This document shows, piece by piece, positions 23,414 through 33,044 of a DNA stretch of 34,702 nt (the first letter of the stretch is position 1; each line of letters starts with the position of its first letter). This DNA comes from Acidobacteriota bacterium (GTDB taxonomy: Bacteria; Acidobacteriota; Vicinamibacteria; Fen-336). The stretch covers positions 1 to 34,702 of the forward strand of contig JBKPBQ010000624.1 in assembly GCA_046726955.1 (NCBI GenBank). The letters run 5' to 3'. Under the pieces are notes generated by a model that ran no database searches, was not told where the DNA came from, and saw nothing but the letters and a program-made list of their open reading frames with translations. Position numbers and translations under genes: made by a program.

Positions 23414-24565
23414 TCAGTGCGCGGTGCGCTTGGCGTCGACGATCGGCTTGTCGACGTCGATCCGGAAGGCGAGGTGCGGCGTCACTCCGGGCAGGAGGGT
23501 CACCGCTTGCGAATAGGTGCAGACGATCTGCCGCCACGTGGTCCGCGTGTCCACGCGACAGTCGTCGGGGCTCAAGGTCTCGCGGAGGCCGTGCCGCTCG
23601 AGGGCGCTCGCGATCCGCTCGCGGATGGCCCCGTCGTCGCTCACGGGATCGTGGGCGATCGCGGCGAGGTCGTCCTCCAGCCGGTACCGGGCGACCACGG
23701 GGGGCACGAGGCGCGCGGCCGCGTAGCCCGTGGCGAGGACGAAGGCGAGGACGACGAGCTTCGGGATGCGGGCGAGGAGGCTGACGACGCCGTGGGCGGC
23801 GGCGGCGACGAGCGGCCAGGGGGAGAACCACGTCCAGCCCGACGCGGGAGGAGCCTCGAGCGCGAGCTCGGCCCGAAGGGCATCCGCGGCCGCGTCGTCG
23901 TGGACGGCCCTTAGGTCGGGGTGCCGCGCGAGGCAGCGCGGGTCGCGGTGCCACGCCCGGTCGATGAGCGTGAGCGCTTCGCTCTCGCGGCCGGCGGCGA
24001 GGAGCGCGCGCGCGAGGTGCAGCCGAAGCTCGACGTCGTCGGGGGCGCTGTCGACCGCACGCCGCAGGACGCTCACCGCTTCGGGGGCCCGCTTCACCTC
24101 GAGGAGCGCGCGGGCGAGGTCCAGTCCGATAGCCGTGGACCTGGGATCGAGCGCGAGGGCGCGCCGCAGCGGCGGCAGGGCTTCGTCACTCTGCCCCGCG
24201 GCGACGAGCGCGTTGCCCAGGCAGTGGTGGGATTCGGCGTTCCGTTCGTCGAGCTTCGTCTCCTGACGGAACGCCTCCGCCGCATCGGCGGCGAGGCCCA
24301 TCTGCAGGAGCGCGAGGCCGAGCCCATGCGAGTACCGCGGGCCCTGGGGGTCGAGGCGGATGGCCTCGCGGTAGCAGGCGACGGCCTCCTGCAGGTGGCC
24401 ACGGCGCGCCTCGGCCTCGCCGAGGATGAAGTGGAAGTCGGCCTCGCCGGGATCGACGCCCACGGCCTGGCGGAACGTCGAGAGCGCTTCGTCGTCCGAG
24501 AAGCCGCGCTCCGTCGTGTCGGCCGTATCCGCCCGTCCCTTCTCGTTCAAAAAGCCGCGCTCCAA
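23414..24565 (-). CDS. TPR-repeat protein with a TM segment and a DUF4845-like C-terminal domain
   Basis: There are at least five TPR-like repeats ('EAVACYREAIRLDP', 'EALPPLRRALALDP' and others). The hydrophobic stretch is 'WPLVAAAAHGVVSLLARIPKLVVLAFVLATGYAAARLV'. A tail of about 90 aa follows. The TTG start is uncertain. The stop lies 17 nt upstream of the S9 peptidase start. Confidence 0.7.
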   Translation of the reverse strand: MERGFLNEKGRADTADTTERGFSDDEALSTFRQAVGVDPGEADFHFILGEAEARRGHLQEAVACYREAIRLDPQGPRYSHGLGLALLQMGLAADAAEAFRQETKLDERNAESHHCLGNALVAAGQSDEALPPLRRALALDPRSTAIGLDLARALLEVKRAPEAVSVLRRAVDSAPDDVELRLHLARALLAAGRESEALTLIDRAWHRDPRCLARHPDLRAVHDDAAADALRAELALEAPPASGWTWFSPWPLVAAAAHGVVSLLARIPKLVVLAFVLATGYAAARLVPPVVARYRLEDDLAAIAHDPVSDDGAIRERIASALERHGLRETLSPDDCRVDTRTTWRQIVCTYSQAVTLLPGVTPHLAFRIDVDKPIVDAKRTAH

Positions 24566-24665
24566 ACCTACTCATGTTACTACGCCGCGGACGCCGACAC
24601 CCTGAGCTATTCGGCGGACTGCTCCCCCACCGGCTATCCCGATTCCTGGCACACAATTGCCGACG

Positions 24666-27212
24666 ATGGCCGGACCTCTCTACGACATCCTGCCTCCCGG
24701 CGAGGCGGACACCGACGAGCTGCTCGGGCGGTTCCTCGACTACGTGACGAGCAAGGAGCTCGTGCTCTACCCCGCCCAGGAGGAGGCGGTGCTCGCGCTC
24801 TTCGAAGGGCAGAACGTCATCCTCAACACGCCCACGGGATCCGGCAAGACGCTCGTCGCGTCCGCCCTCCACTTCGCCTCGCTCGCCCGAGGCCGGCGGT
24901 CGGTCTATACGAGCCCCATCAAGGCGCTCGTCAACGAGAAGTGGATGGCGCTGTGTCGCGAGCTCGGCCCCGAGAACGTCGGCCTCTCCACGGGAGACGC
25001 CACGGTCAACCGCGACGCCCCCGTTCTCTGCTGCACGGCCGAGGTCCTCGCCAACATCGCCCTCCGCGAAGGAGGGGACGCGCGCGTGGACGACGCCGTC
25101 CTCGACGAGTTCCACTGGTACGCCGACCGGGATCGCGGCGTGGCCTGGCAGGTCCCCCTGCTCACGCTTCCCCGGACGCGCTTCCTCCTGATGTCGGCGA
25201 CCCTCGGCGACGTGACGTTCTTCGAGGAGGCGCTGACGCGGCTCAACGGCCGGCCCACCGCGACCGTGAAGTCCAGCGAGCGGCCGGTGCCGCTCGAGTA
25301 CGCGTACTCCGAGATCCCGCTCGCCCTCACGCTCGAGAAGCTGGTTTCCGAGGAGAAAGCGCCCGTCTACGTGGTTCACTTCACGCAGGCGGACGCCGCC
25401 GACAGCGCGCAGGACTTCACGAGCCTCAACCTCGCGACCCGCGAGGAGAAGAACGCGGTGGCGGCCGCGATCGGCGACTTCCGCTTCACGAGCCCCTACG
25501 GCCCCGACATCCGCAAGTGGCTGAAGCAGGGGATCGGCCTCCACCACGCGGGGCTCCTCCCGAAGTACCGCGTCCTCGTCGAGCAGCTCGCCCAGCGCGG
25601 CCTGCTCAAGGTCATCTGCGGCACGGACACGCTGGGCGTGGGCATCAACGTGCCGATCCGGACCGTCCTCTTCTCGCGCCTCTGCAAGTTCGACGGGCAG
25701 AAGACGGCGGTCCTCTCCGCCCGCGACTTCCACCAGATCGCGGGCCGCGCCGGACGCAAGGGCTTCGACGAGCGCGGGTACGTGGTCGCGCAGGCCCCCG
25801 AGCACGTGATCGAGAACCTCCGCCTCGCGGAGAAGGCGAAGGACGGCAAGAAGGTCGTGAAGAGAAAGCCGCCGGAGAGGAACTTCGCGAGCTGGGACCT
25901 CCAGACGTTCAAGCGCCTCATCGGCGCGGCCCCCGAGAGGCTCACGTCGCGCTTCCAGATCTCGCACGGCATGCTCCTGAACGTCCTCTCCCGGAGAGGC
26001 GACGGCTGCCGGGCCATGCGCGCGCTCGTCCGGGACAGCCACGAGCCGGATCGCGCGAAGAAGGCGCACTTCCGCCGCGGCTGGCAGCTCTTCCGCGCCC
26101 TCGTGGACCGGAAGATCGTGGAGATCCTCCCCCGGGACGCGGACGGCCACGCGCTACGCGTCAACGTCGAGCTGCAGGACGACTTCTCGATGGACCAGAC
26201 GCTCTCGCTCTACCTGCTGGAGACGATCCCGCTCCTCGATCCCCTCTCCGAGACCTACCCGCTCGACCTGCTGACGCTCGTGGAGAGCATCCTGGAGAAC
26301 CCGGAGATCATCCTGCGGCGCCAGCTCGACCGCCTGAAGGGCCGCAAGGTGGCGGAGATGAAGGCGGAGGGGCTCGACTACGACCAGCGGATGGAGGAGC
26401 TCGAGAAGCTCGAGTACCCGAAGCCCCTGCGCGACTTCGTCTACTCGACGTTCAACGCCTTCGCGGACCGTCATCCGTGGGTGGGCGAGGAGAACATCCG
26501 CCCCAAGTCGATCGCCCGCGAGATGTTCGAGGGCTACCGCTCGTTCTCCGACTACGTGCAGGAGTACGACCTGGAGCGCGTGGAGGGACTGCTTCTCCGC
26601 CACCTCAACAGCGTCTACAAGGTCTTGAGCCAGACCGTCCCCGACGGCGTCAAGACGGACACGGTGGTGGAGATGGAGCTCTACCTCCGGGACATGCTCC
26701 GGCAGGTGGACTCGAGCCTGCTCGAGGAGTGGGAGCGGATGCAGAACCCCGACTACGTCCCGCGAGGGACGGCGCCCGCGGAGCTCCGGCCACCGCGGCC
26801 GGAGGAGCCGCCGGACGTCACGCGCGACAGCAAGGCGTTCACCGCGGCCATCCGCACGCGCGTCTTCGCGTTCCTGCGCGCGTGGTCGATCGGGCAAGAC
26901 GAGGCGGCGCTCGACGCCATCGACTACCCCAACGACGCCGACGGTGTGCCCTGGACGGCGGAGCGCCTCCGCGCGGCGCGCGAGCTTCACCGGCACGATC
27001 ACGGCGCTCTGCGGCTCGACCCCGAGGCCCGCAACCTCCGCCACACGTCCGTCGCGCCCGCGGACGACGGCCGATCCTGGCGGGTCCAGCAGATGCTCGT
27101 CGACACCGAGGGAGTGAACGACTGGCTGGCCGAGCTCGACGTGGACCTCGCGACCTCGCGCGAGGTCGGCGAGCCGGCGATTCAGCTCGTCCGGCTGGGG
27201 AGCCTCGTCTAG
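24666..27212 (+). CDS. Ski2-like DEAD/DEAH-box helicase with a long C-terminal (DUF3516-type) extension
   Basis: Motif I is 'NTPTGSGKT', motif II 'DEFH', motif III 'SATLG' and motif VI '[10 protein letters not shown]'. An additional region of about 400 aa follows. I prefer ATG 24666 to TTG 24657. Confidence 0.85.
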   Translation: MAGPLYDILPPGEADTDELLGRFLDYVTSKELVLYPAQEEAVLALFEGQNVILNTPTGSGKTLVASALHFASLARGRRSVYTSPIKALVNEKWMALCRELGPENVGLSTGDATVNRDAPVLCCTAEVLANIALREGGDARVDDAVLDEFHWYADRDRGVAWQVPLLTLPRTRFLLMSATLGDVTFFEEALTRLNGRPTATVKSSERPVPLEYAYSEIPLALTLEKLVSEEKAPVYVVHFTQADAADSAQDFTSLNLATREEKNAVAAAIGDFRFTSPYGPDIRKWLKQGIGLHHAGLLPKYRVLVEQLAQRGLLKVICGTDTLGVGINVPIRTVLFSRLCKFDGQKTAVLSARDFHQIAGRAGRKGFDERGYVVAQAPEHVIENLRLAEKAKDGKKVVKRKPPERNFASWDLQTFKRLIGAAPERLTSRFQISHGMLLNVLSRRGDGCRAMRALVRDSHEPDRAKKAHFRRGWQLFRALVDRKIVEILPRDADGHALRVNVELQDDFSMDQTLSLYLLETIPLLDPLSETYPLDLLTLVESILENPEIILRRQLDRLKGRKVAEMKAEGLDYDQRMEELEKLEYPKPLRDFVYSTFNAFADRHPWVGEENIRPKSIAREMFEGYRSFSDYVQEYDLERVEGLLLRHLNSVYKVLSQTVPDGVKTDTVVEMELYLRDMLRQVDSSLLEEWERMQNPDYVPRGTAPAELRPPRPEEPPDVTRDSKAFTAAIRTRVFAFLRAWSIGQDEAALDAIDYPNDADGVPWTAERLRAARELHRHDHGALRLDPEARNLRHTSVAPADDGRSWRVQQMLVDTEGVNDWLAELDVDLATSREVGEPAIQLVRLGSLV

Positions 27213-27242
27213 CGGCCGCGGCGAAGGGCCGGGCGAAGTCCT

Positions 27243-28553
27243 CTACCGCCCCGGCCGGCGCGGGCCCTGCCGGCGACCCCGCCGGCGTCCGCGAAACGCC
27301 CAGCCGACGCGGCCGCCGCCCGTCTCGGTCTGCAGCCGCTCTCCCCACGACGGCGACGGTGTCGGCGAGGGGCGGTGATTCGCCCGGCGGTGCTGCGTTT
27401 GCGGCGCCGCTTCCGGCGGCTTCTGCCGGTAGTCGAAGTCCGGAAGCAGCACGCGCGGCAAGGGCTTGCCGATGGCCCTCTCGATCGACCGCAGCGAGCT
27501 CTCCTCTTCCGGCGACACGAACGTGAAGGCCTCGCCCGTCGCCTCCGCCCGTCCCGTCCGCCCCACGCGGTGGATGTAGTCCTCCGATGCGAGCGGCACG
27601 TCGAAGTTCACGACATGGCCGAGCGCTTCCACGTCGATCCCCCGGGCCGCGATGTCCGTGGCCACGAGGGCCTGGTAGCGGCCGTCCTTGAATCCTTCCA
27701 GCGCCTGCGTCCGCTGGCTCTGGCTGCGATTGCCGTGGATCCGGGCCGCGCGCACGCCCTGCCGGGCGAGCCAGTCCGCTACGCGGTTCGCGCGGTGCTT
27801 CGTTCGGGTGAAGACGAGCGCGCTCTTCATGTCGCCGCGACGCAGGAGGGCGAGGAGGAGCGCGGACTTCAAGTGCTGTCCCACCGGATAGGCGGCCTGC
27901 GTGATGCCGGCCGCGGGCTCCGCGCGGCGCTCGAGGTTGATCCGCGCCGGGTCCCTGAGCATCTCTCGGGTCAGGGCCAGGATCTCCGCCGGCATCGTGG
28001 CCGAGAAGAAGAGCGTCTGGCGGCGCGGAGGCAGATGCCGGAGCACGCGCTTGATGTCGGGCAGGAAGCCCATGTCGAGCATCCGGTCCGCCTCGTCGAG
28101 CACGAGCGTCTCGAGGCCGCGGAGCGAAGCATACGGGTGGCGGAAGTGGTCGAGGAGGCGGCCGGGAGTCGCCACGATCACGTCCACCCCCGCCCGGAAG
28201 GCGTGCTCTTGCGGCCCCATGCCCACGCCGCCGAAGACGGCGGAGGCGGTCACCGGCGTGTGCACGGCGAGCTCCTCGAGGTGCGACTGGACCTGGGCGG
28301 CGAGCTCGCGCGTGGGCGTGAGCACGAGCGCCCGCGTGGTGCGCCGCGGCTTCTCCATCAGCCGGTGGAGGATGGGCAGGCCGAAGGCCGCGGTCTTGCC
28401 GCTGCCCGTGGCCGCGCAGGCCAGGACGTCGCGGCCTTCCATCGCGGGAGGGATGGCCTGGAGCTGGATCGGCGTGGGCCTCGTGAAGCCGAGCTCGCGG
28501 ATGCCTCGTTGCAGCAGAGGATGGAGGCCGAACGACGAGAAGGGTACTGCCAT
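27243..28553 (-). CDS. DEAD-box ATP-dependent RNA helicase (RhlE-like) with an Arg/Gly-rich C-terminal tail
   Basis: The Q-motif is 'GFTRPTPIQ'. 'AATGSGKT', 'DEAD', 'SAT' and 'HRVGRTGR' are all present. An AAGGAGG RBS precedes the start. Confidence 0.92.
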   Translation of the reverse strand: MAVPFSSFGLHPLLQRGIRELGFTRPTPIQLQAIPPAMEGRDVLACAATGSGKTAAFGLPILHRLMEKPRRTTRALVLTPTRELAAQVQSHLEELAVHTPVTASAVFGGVGMGPQEHAFRAGVDVIVATPGRLLDHFRHPYASLRGLETLVLDEADRMLDMGFLPDIKRVLRHLPPRRQTLFFSATMPAEILALTREMLRDPARINLERRAEPAAGITQAAYPVGQHLKSALLLALLRRGDMKSALVFTRTKHRANRVADWLARQGVRAARIHGNRSQSQRTQALEGFKDGRYQALVATDIAARGIDVEALGHVVNFDVPLASEDYIHRVGRTGRAEATGEAFTFVSPEEESSLRSIERAIGKPLPRVLLPDFDYRQKPPEAAPQTQHRRANHRPSPTPSPSWGERLQTETGGGRVGWAFRGRRRGRRQGPRRPGR

Positions 28554-28645
28554 CGCGGTGGCCTCCTTAGGCGCGTGAAGGACCAGGATCGGCCCGCGCG
28601 GCTATAGATGGGCGAAGGATAGCACGCCGCAGAGCCGGCGACCGC

Positions 28646-29803
28646 TCAGTGCCCGAGGAACTCGCCGAGGGCGGAGAGTCCCTCGATGTGGTCGCAGGCG
28701 ATCTTGATCACGGCCATGATCGGTATCGCGAGGAGCGCTCCCGGTATCCCCCAGATCCAGCCCCAGAAGAGAACGGACGTGAAGATGACGACGGGACTGA
28801 GGCTGAGCTGCCGTCCCACGAGCATCGGCGTGACGACGTTGCCCTCGAGGATGTTCAGGAGCTGGAAGACGCCGGGCACGAGGAGCGCCTGCCCCACGCT
28901 GTCGAAGTGCACGAGGGCGACCGCGCCCAGGATCACCGTGCAGGCGACCGCCCCCAGATAGGGAACGAAGTTCGTCACTCCGGCCACGACGCCCCACAGG
29001 ACGGGGTTCGGCATGCCCAGCAGGTACACGGCAAAGCCGACGATCAGGCCGAAGGCGACGTTCACGAGCGTCGTGGTCAGCAGGTACGTGGAGATCTGGG
29101 CCTGCGTCTCTCGCGCGATCTGCACCGCTTTCTTCTTGTCGGAGAGCCGGGGCAGGACCTTGATCACTTTCGTGAGGAACATGTCCCCGGAGCTCAGCAG
29201 CAGGAGCAGCATCAGGACGACCATGAGGAGCGTTCCCGCGAGCTGCTGCGTCCCGCCGAAGATCGTGTCGGTGACGCTCGGCCCCTTGACCTCGACCTCG
29301 AGCGTCTTCTGGCCGTCGAGGTCCGTCGCCTCCTTCACCTTCTCCGCCGTCCGGCTCATGCGCTGCACGGGCTTCAGGACACCCGCGAGCTTCGCCTGGA
29401 TCTTGGGCAGGCTCTCGGGCGCCGCCATCACCCACTGCGTGGCGGGGGCCGACAGCTCGTACACGGCGACGCCGACCGTGCCGAGGAAGACAGAGAGCAC
29501 GAGGGCCGCGCCCAGCCCGTCGGGGACGCGGACGCGGCGGAGCGCCTTCACGAGCGGGCTGAGCAGGTGCGAGAGGAGCAACGCGAAGACGACGGGGACG
29601 AGGAACGCGCGCGCGAAGTAGAGGGTATAGAGCAGCGCGAGGACGAACAGCCCGGTGAGGCTGATCGACCGGATGTCGACCGGGACGGGAAAAGGGATCG
29701 GTTTGTCGGGCTCGTCGGGTCGGTCGCGCTCGAACCCGTCGTCCGGCAGGGACACGGAAGACGACGCGGCCTCCCCCTGGGCACGGCTTCGCTGGAGTTC
29801 CAC
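28646..29803 (-). CDS. AI-2E family transporter (PerM/UPF0118-like permease)
   Basis: This is a polytopic membrane protein of about 385 aa. 'NFVPYLGAV' and 'FWGWIWGIPGALLAIPI' are typical of the family. The GTG start is uncertain because the SD spacing is very short. Confidence 0.8.
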   Translation of the reverse strand: MELQRSRAQGEAASSSVSLPDDGFERDRPDEPDKPIPFPVPVDIRSISLTGLFVLALLYTLYFARAFLVPVVFALLLSHLLSPLVKALRRVRVPDGLGAALVLSVFLGTVGVAVYELSAPATQWVMAAPESLPKIQAKLAGVLKPVQRMSRTAEKVKEATDLDGQKTLEVEVKGPSVTDTIFGGTQQLAGTLLMVVLMLLLLLSSGDMFLTKVIKVLPRLSDKKKAVQIARETQAQISTYLLTTTLVNVAFGLIVGFAVYLLGMPNPVLWGVVAGVTNFVPYLGAVACTVILGAVALVHFDSVGQALLVPGVFQLLNILEGNVVTPMLVGRQLSLSPVVIFTSVLFWGWIWGIPGALLAIPIMAVIKIACDHIEGLSALGEFLGH

Positions 29804-29990
29804 GCTCCAGATCTCAGCAACCCGCGTGCCTGCAGATCCACCGACGAAATCCTGCCGTTCGAGGTCTCGCCCCGCTCAGTTGCACGGCAAATGTACGGTT
29901 TGCACTTCGACGAGGGCGGTCGTTCGAGAGCCGCGGGCGTTCCGACGTGGCTCCGATGTTGCAGGCATTCCCTCCGTCGAGGAGGCCTTG

Positions 29991-30584
29991 ATGAGACGCG
30001 AGGCGCTGACGAACCTTCTCTACGAGGCGCTCGAGACCGAGCAGGGCGGGGTCAAGGTCTACGAGACCGCGCTGCTCGCCGTCCAGAACGAGGAGCTGCG
30101 GACGGAGTGGAAGCAGTACCTCGAGCAGACGAAGAACCACGAGTCGATCGTCCGCCGCGTGCTCGAGACGCTGAGCCTCGATCCGGGGAAGGAGACGCCC
30201 GGCCGGCTCGTCGTGCGCCGGATCGGCGAGGCGCTCGTCGATTCCATCGAGATTGCGATGGCCGGGGGCGACAGCGCCGCGGCGGAGGCGGCGGCCGCGG
30301 AGAGCATCGTCTTCGCCGAGACCAAGGACCACCTGAACTGGCAGCTCCTGGGCGAGGCGGCGGGCCACGTCGGCGGCGCCGCCGGCAAGGCACTCCAGAG
30401 GGCGTTCGAGGAGGTCGAGGACGAGGAGGACGAGCACCTCTACCACACCGCCGGCTGGTGCCGCGAGCTGCACCTGAAGCAGCTCGGCCTTCCCGCGGTC
30501 CTCCCTCCGCCCGAAGAAGAGAAGAAGGTGAAGACGGCGATCGAGGCGGCGCGGGCGAAGCAGTCGCGGAAGGAGATGCTCTAG
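29991..30584 (+). CDS. Ferritin-like four-helix-bundle protein (DUF892/YciE-like)
   Basis: A GGAGG RBS precedes ATG 29991. 'LLYEALETEQGGVKVYETAL...LEQTKNHESIVRRVLETLSLDP' follows the YciE-type pattern. 'ETKDHLNW' and 'EDEHLYH' form the second helix pair. Confidence 0.55.
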   Translation: MRREALTNLLYEALETEQGGVKVYETALLAVQNEELRTEWKQYLEQTKNHESIVRRVLETLSLDPGKETPGRLVVRRIGEALVDSIEIAMAGGDSAAAEAAAAESIVFAETKDHLNWQLLGEAAGHVGGAAGKALQRAFEEVEDEEDEHLYHTAGWCRELHLKQLGLPAVLPPPEEEKKVKTAIEAARAKQSRKEML

Positions 30585-30799
30585 ACCGTGACTCCCACCG
30601 TGAAGGTCGCGGTGTAGCCGCTCGCGGGGCTGCCCACGAGGCTCGCGAGCTCGCTCTGCACTCCGTCCGCGAAGACCATGTCCGAGGCGTTGGAGGTCGG
30701 GTTCTGTCCCTTCGACGCGTAGACGCCGGCCGCGTAGACGGCCGCGGTGACGTTTTCGGGGAACGCGATCTGAGTGACCTTCACGGAGCGGCCGCCCAC
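30581..30799 (-). CDS. Orphan 67-72 codon ORF with strong coding signature (beta-rich; possibly a gene remnant)
   Basis: About 93% of third positions are G/C by my count. The product 'VKVTQIAFPENVTAAVYAAGVYASKGQNPTSNASDMVFADGVQSELASLVGSPASGYTATFTVGVTV' is not R/P-rich. GTG starts at 30799 or 30784 have no clear RBS. The longer ORF-track version would overlap the DUF1080 start region. Confidence 0.3.
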   Translation of the reverse strand: MGGRSVKVTQIAFPENVTAAVYAAGVYASKGQNPTSNASDMVFADGVQSELASLVGSPASGYTATFTVGVTV

Positions 30800-30860
30800 C
30801 GACGGGTGGCGGGACGGCTTGAAGATCGATAACGTAGAGCTTTCGACGCCAGGAGGATCC

Positions 30861-31499
30861 ATGCGCCTCGCTTCGATCGTCGTCGCGCACGCCCTCGTCG
30901 CTCTCGCCGCCTCGGCCTCGGCCGAGGAGAAGGCCTTGTGGAACGGCAAGGACCTCACGGGCTGGAAGCACGTGGGCCCCGGCGAGTTCGTGATCGAGAA
31001 CGGCCTGCTGAAGACCACGGGCGGGATGGGCCTGCTCTACTGGACGGGCGGTAAGGTCGGCGACTGCGTGATCCGCATCGTCTACAAGAACGAGAAGAAG
31101 GAGAGCAACGCCGGCGTCTTCATCCGCATCCCCGAGGCGCCCACCGAGCCGTGGATGCCGGTGAACAAGGGCTACGAGGTGCAGATCGACGACGCCGAGG
31201 ACGACTATCACGTGACCGGCGTCCTGTACTCGCTCACAAAGGCGAAAGCACGTCCGGGCAAGCCCGGAGAGTGGAACACGCTCGAGATCACTCTCGACGG
31301 ACCGCACACGCGGGTGACGGTCAACGGCGAGCTCGTCACCGACTACACGGAGGGCGAGGCGGTGCCCGCGAAGAAGAAAGATTACGAGCCCGACCGCGGA
31401 CTACGGCCCAACGAGGGATACGTCGGTTTGCAGAACCACAACGACAAAGACGTGGTCTACTTCAAGGAGGTCAGCGTCCGACCGCTGGCCAGGAAGTAG
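30861..31499 (+). CDS. Secreted DUF1080 (3-keto-disaccharide hydrolase / LamG-like) domain protein
   Basis: An AGGAGG RBS precedes ATG 30861. The signal peptide is 'ALVALAASASAEE'. 'LWNGKDLTGWKHVG', 'NAGVFIRI', 'GYEVQIDD' and 'GYVGLQNHNDKDVVYFKEVSVRPL' are DUF1080 hallmarks. Confidence 0.85.
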   Translation: MRLASIVVAHALVALAASASAEEKALWNGKDLTGWKHVGPGEFVIENGLLKTTGGMGLLYWTGGKVGDCVIRIVYKNEKKESNAGVFIRIPEAPTEPWMPVNKGYEVQIDDAEDDYHVTGVLYSLTKAKARPGKPGEWNTLEITLDGPHTRVTVNGELVTDYTEGEAVPAKKKDYEPDRGLRPNEGYVGLQNHNDKDVVYFKEVSVRPLARK

Positions 31500-31614
31500 A
31501 CGAAGGGCGGCCCGTCGCTTCAACCCTGCGGGGGGCAGGCCGGTCAAACGAAGGCGGTAGCGCTGGGAGTCGGGGGGCGGCCAGCGCTCGTATCAGATGG
31601 CAGGAGCCCCCCCG

Positions 31615-32988
31615 ATGCAACGGTGTCGCAGGACCCCCGGAAGCCGGCGTTCCCTCGCCGGCATGCTCGCGCTGGCCGCGATCGTCGCGCTCGTGCCCCT
31701 CGTCGGATGTGGAAACGACGCCACCGGAGGCGCGCCGTCCACCCAACCCTACGTGCTCTTCTCCCCCGTCCAATCGAACGTCACCTACCTGATGGACCTG
31801 CAAGGCCAGCTCGTCCACTCGTGGCGCACCGACACGACTCCCGCGTGCTCGGTCTACCTGCTCGAAGACGGCCGCCTGCTGCGGCCGCGATCCCTCGGCA
31901 ACGAGAGCTTCCCGGGCGGCGGCTGCAACGGTGGGCGCGTGGAGCTGCTCGACTGGAGCGGCAGCGCCACGTGGAGCTACGACTACGCCGGACCCGATCA
32001 CCTGCAGCACCACGACGTGAGACGGATGCCCAACGGCCACATCCTCCTCGTCGCGTGGGAGAAGCGGACGGGGGCGGAAGCTCTCGCCGCCGGACGGGAC
32101 CCCGCGACGATTCCCGCGAACAACGAGATCTGGGTGGACCACGTCGTCGAGGTCGATCCCTCCAGCAACGCGATCGTCTGGACGTGGCGCGTGTGGGACC
32201 ACCTGCTGCCTCCCGGAGCGAACCCCGCGGAGCACCCCGAGCTCATCGACCCCAACGCCTGGGCGACGGCCACGAGCGACTGGACGCACACGAACGCCAT
32301 CGACTACAACGCGGCGCTCGACCAGGTGATGCTGAGCGTGCGGAACCACCACGAGTTCTGGGTGATCGACCACGGCACGACCACGGCGGAGGCCGCGGGC
32401 CACGCGGGCGGCCGGCGCGGCCGCGGGGGCGATCTCCTCTACCGCTGGGGCACGCCGCACGACTACGGTTTCCCGGGACCGCAGCAGCTCTTCGGCCAGC
32501 ACAACTCGCACTGGATCGAGGCGGGTCTCCCCGGCGCGGGCGAGATCCTCGTCTTCGACAACGGCGATCGCAACACGCGTCCCTTCTCGACCGTCGTCCA
32601 GATCGCGCCTCCTCTCCTGTCGAACGGCCTCTACTCGTTCGATCCCGCCATCGGCTTCCCCCCGGCCTCTCCCGATTGGCAGTGGATCGGAACGCCTCCC
32701 ACGAGCGTCTTCTCGCCCATCATCTCCGGCGCGCAGCGCCTGACGTCCGGGAACACGCTCGTCTGCGAAGGCACCGCCGGCCACTTCTTCGAGGTCACGA
32801 TGGCCGGAGACATCACCTGGTCGTACGTAGTGACGGACACGACGGGCAAGAACGGTGTCTTCGTCTTTCGGGCCACGCGCTACGAGGCGGGCTACCCGGC
32901 GCTCAACGGCAAGGACTTGACGCCCCACGGCCCGGTCGCGGTCGAGGTCAATCCCCCGGCGACGGGAGTGAGGGCGCTCACCTACTGA
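31615..32988 (+). CDS. Arylsulfotransferase (ASST)-like beta-propeller lipoprotein
   Basis: GGAG lies 8 nt upstream of ATG 31615; ATG 31597 is an alternative start. The lipobox is 'LVPLVGCG'. 'LQHHDVRRMPNGHILLVAWE' and 'WTHTNAIDYNAALDQVMLSVRNHHEFWVIDH' match ASST-family motifs. Confidence 0.7.
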   Translation: MQRCRRTPGSRRSLAGMLALAAIVALVPLVGCGNDATGGAPSTQPYVLFSPVQSNVTYLMDLQGQLVHSWRTDTTPACSVYLLEDGRLLRPRSLGNESFPGGGCNGGRVELLDWSGSATWSYDYAGPDHLQHHDVRRMPNGHILLVAWEKRTGAEALAAGRDPATIPANNEIWVDHVVEVDPSSNAIVWTWRVWDHLLPPGANPAEHPELIDPNAWATATSDWTHTNAIDYNAALDQVMLSVRNHHEFWVIDHGTTTAEAAGHAGGRRGRGGDLLYRWGTPHDYGFPGPQQLFGQHNSHWIEAGLPGAGEILVFDNGDRNTRPFSTVVQIAPPLLSNGLYSFDPAIGFPPASPDWQWIGTPPTSVFSPIISGAQRLTSGNTLVCEGTAGHFFEVTMAGDITWSYVVTDTTGKNGVFVFRATRYEAGYPALNGKDLTPHGPVAVEVNPPATGVRALTY

Positions 32989-33044
32989 CGGGGTGATGGC
33001 GACCACAGCCCTGCGGAGAGGCGGTTCGTCTAAGATATCGCCAA

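Noticed and set aside
24647-24660. A sigma54-like promoter motif, TGGCAC-acaa-TTGC, just upstream of the Ski2-like helicase.
   Set aside because: The GG-to-GC spacing is 9 nt instead of the strict 10. The element also overlaps the candidate TTG start and lies 6 nt from ATG 24666, so a transcript from it would begin inside the coding region.
29880-29905. Two TTGCAC hexamers 20 bp apart, with a GCAAA/TTTGC mini-dyad, in the divergent AI-2E / ferritin-like intergenic region.
   Set aside because: It may be an operator. However, no acceptable -10 element lies at proper spacing on either strand, and the dyad is only 5 bp. That is too weak to call as a feature.
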